DNA of 23,836 nt from a virus (taxonomy: Duplodnaviria > Heunggongvirae > Uroviricota > Caudoviricetes): the IMG/VR virus record IMGVR_UViG_2648501149_000019; one strand, 5' to 3'. Position numbers and translations under genes: made by a program. The notes under the pieces were generated by a model that saw only the letters and a list, made by a program, of their open reading frames with translations, did no database searches and was not told the origin of the DNA. Positions 22,494 through 23,836 of this stretch are shown in pieces (positions within the stretch are counted from its first letter, which is position 1; each line of letters starts with the position of its first letter).

Positions 22494-23836
22494 TGGCAAT
22501 TCTTGATGATGTGATTGGCGTTTTTTCACCTGGATGGAAAGCGGCAAGGCTGCGTTCCCGTGCGGTGATCCAGGCTTATGAAGCCGTAAAAACGACGCGG
22601 ACACACAAAGCCCGACGGGAGAACCGAACTGCCGACCAGCTAAGCCAGTACGGGGCCGTGTCGTTACGTGAGCAGGCCCGTTACCTTGATAACAACCACG
22701 ATCTGGTTATTGGTGTATTTGACAAGCTGGAAGAACGGGTGGTGGGGAAAAACGGGATTATTGTCGAGCCACATCCGGTATTACGCAATGGGGCCATTGC
22801 CCGTGATCTGGCAGCGGAGATTCGCACCCGATGGAGTGAATGGTCTGTCAGCCCGGAAGTCACCGGGCAGTTTACCCGTCCGATGCTGGAACGTCTGATG
22901 CTGCGTACCTGGCTGCGCGATGGTGAGGTGTTTGCCCAGATGGTTTCCGGGCGCATAAACAGCCTGACGCCTTCTGCCGGTGTTCATTTCTGGCTGGAAG
23001 CGCTCGAGCCAGACTTTATTCCCATGACCAGTGATGAGAGCAACAGGCTGAATCAGGGCGTGTTTGTTGATGACTGGGGGCGTCCCGAAAAATATCTGGT
23101 GTATAAAAGCCGTCCCGTATCCGGGCGGCAGATGGAAACCAAAGAAGTGGATGCAGAGCGAATGCTGCATCTTAAATTTGTTCGCCGTCTGCACCAGATG
23201 CGCGGGACGTCTTTGTTGTCCGGTGTGCTGATCCGCCTCAGTGCCCTGAAAGAGTATGAAGATTCTGAGCTGACTGCAGCAAGGATCGCCGCTGCTCTGG
23301 GGATGTACATCCGCAAAGGCGACGGGCAGAGCTATGAACCGGATGGTAATGGCAGCAAGGATAAGGAACGCGAGCTTACCATTCAGCCAGGCATTATTTA
23401 CGACGATCTGAAACCCGGCGAAGAAATCGGAATGGTGAAGTCGGATCGCCCCAATCCTAACCTTGAAACTTTTCGTAATGGTCAGTTGCGTGCCGTGGCG
23501 GCGGGCAGTCGTCTGAGTTTTTCCAGTACAGCGCGCAACTATAACGGCACTTACAGCGCCCAGCGTCAGGAGCTGGTTGAATCCACTGATGGCTACCTGA
23601 TCCTGCAGGACTGGTTTATTGGTGCCGTCACCCGCCCGATGTATCGTGCATGGCTGAAACAGGCTGTGGCATCCGGTGTTATCAGGCTACCCCGCGATCT
23701 TGACCGTTCTTCACTGTATACCGCGGTGTATTCCGGACCAGTGATGCCGTGGATTGACCCTGTTAAGGAGGCTGAGGCCTGGAAAATCCAGATTCGTGGT
23801 GGAGCGGCGACAGAATCAGACTGGGTACGTGCTGGT
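22493..23836 (+). CDS. Portal protein (lambda gpB-like), 3'-truncated by the window end
   Basis: Open frame from ATG 22493 (overlapping the gpW stop, TGATG) to the window end with no stop (448 codons). Not in the ORF track because no stop is present. Position after terminase and gpW. Confidence 0.85.
   Translation, partial: MAILDDVIGVFSPGWKAARLRSRAVIQAYEAVKTTRTHKARRENRTADQLSQYGAVSLREQARYLDNNHDLVIGVFDKLEERVVGKNGIIVEPHPVLRNGAIARDLAAEIRTRWSEWSVSPEVTGQFTRPMLERLMLRTWLRDGEVFAQMVSGRINSLTPSAGVHFWLEALEPDFIPMTSDESNRLNQGVFVDDWGRPEKYLVYKSRPVSGRQMETKEVDAERMLHLKFVRRLHQMRGTSLLSGVLIRLSALKEYEDSELTAARIAAALGMYIRKGDGQSYEPDGNGSKDKERELTIQPGIIYDDLKPGEEIGMVKSDRPNPNLETFRNGQLRAVAAGSRLSFSSTARNYNGTYSAQRQELVESTDGYLILQDWFIGAVTRPMYRAWLKQAVASGVIRLPRDLDRSSLYTAVYSGPVMPWIDPVKEAEAWKIQIRGGAATESDWVRAG

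Noticed and set aside
22681-23316. Three minus-strand ORFs (91, 137 and 87 aa)
   Set aside because: All lie antisense within the uninterrupted portal reading frame. Likely chance frames.
1-23836. Insertion sequences, transposases or attachment-site repeats
   Set aside because: No transposase-like ORF or terminal inverted repeats were found. The integrase stop is at the very first bases, so any attachment site and flanking host DNA lie outside the window.

Overview
This 23.8-kb window is the left and central part of a lambda-like (lambdoid, cos-packaging) prophage from an enterobacterial (E. coli/Shigella-like) genome. Family and domain names below are from reading the translations and recalled family signatures, not from a database search. 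Left to right: integrase and excisionase-like genes on the minus strand (1-1606); a leftward accessory operon of tightly coupled uncharacterised genes ending in an SPFH/Band-7 lipoprotein (1615-5052); an immunity region with an HTH regulator, a LexA-like CI repressor and a divergent Cro-like gene (5181-6897); rightward early genes comprising two Rha-family regulators, a replication initiator carrying internal iterons, and DnaC-like and DnaB-like proteins (6894-11901); a Q antiterminator (12155-12520); a cargo region holding an AT-rich island with a reverse-oriented DUF4236-like gene, a small winged-helix gene, a methyltransferase-like gene with no (D/N)PPY motif, three tRNA genes (Ile2-CAU, Arg-UCG, Arg-UCU) and a disrupted TerB-like gene (12521-16563); a phage-21-type lysis cassette (dual-start pinholin, SAR endolysin, Rz/Rz1) interrupted by two extra genes (17215-19301); a lambda-like cos site (about 19490-19600); and the first head genes (Nu1-like small terminase, GpA-like large terminase, gpW-like, portal truncated at the window end). 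The layout resembles Stx-phage late regions (Q, tRNAs, toxin slot, lysis) but no Shiga toxin genes are present. The best candidates for an undescribed system are the SPFH-lipoprotein operon, the DUF4236 island downstream of Q, and the two-gene insert inside the lysis cassette; all functional proposals for these are inference.
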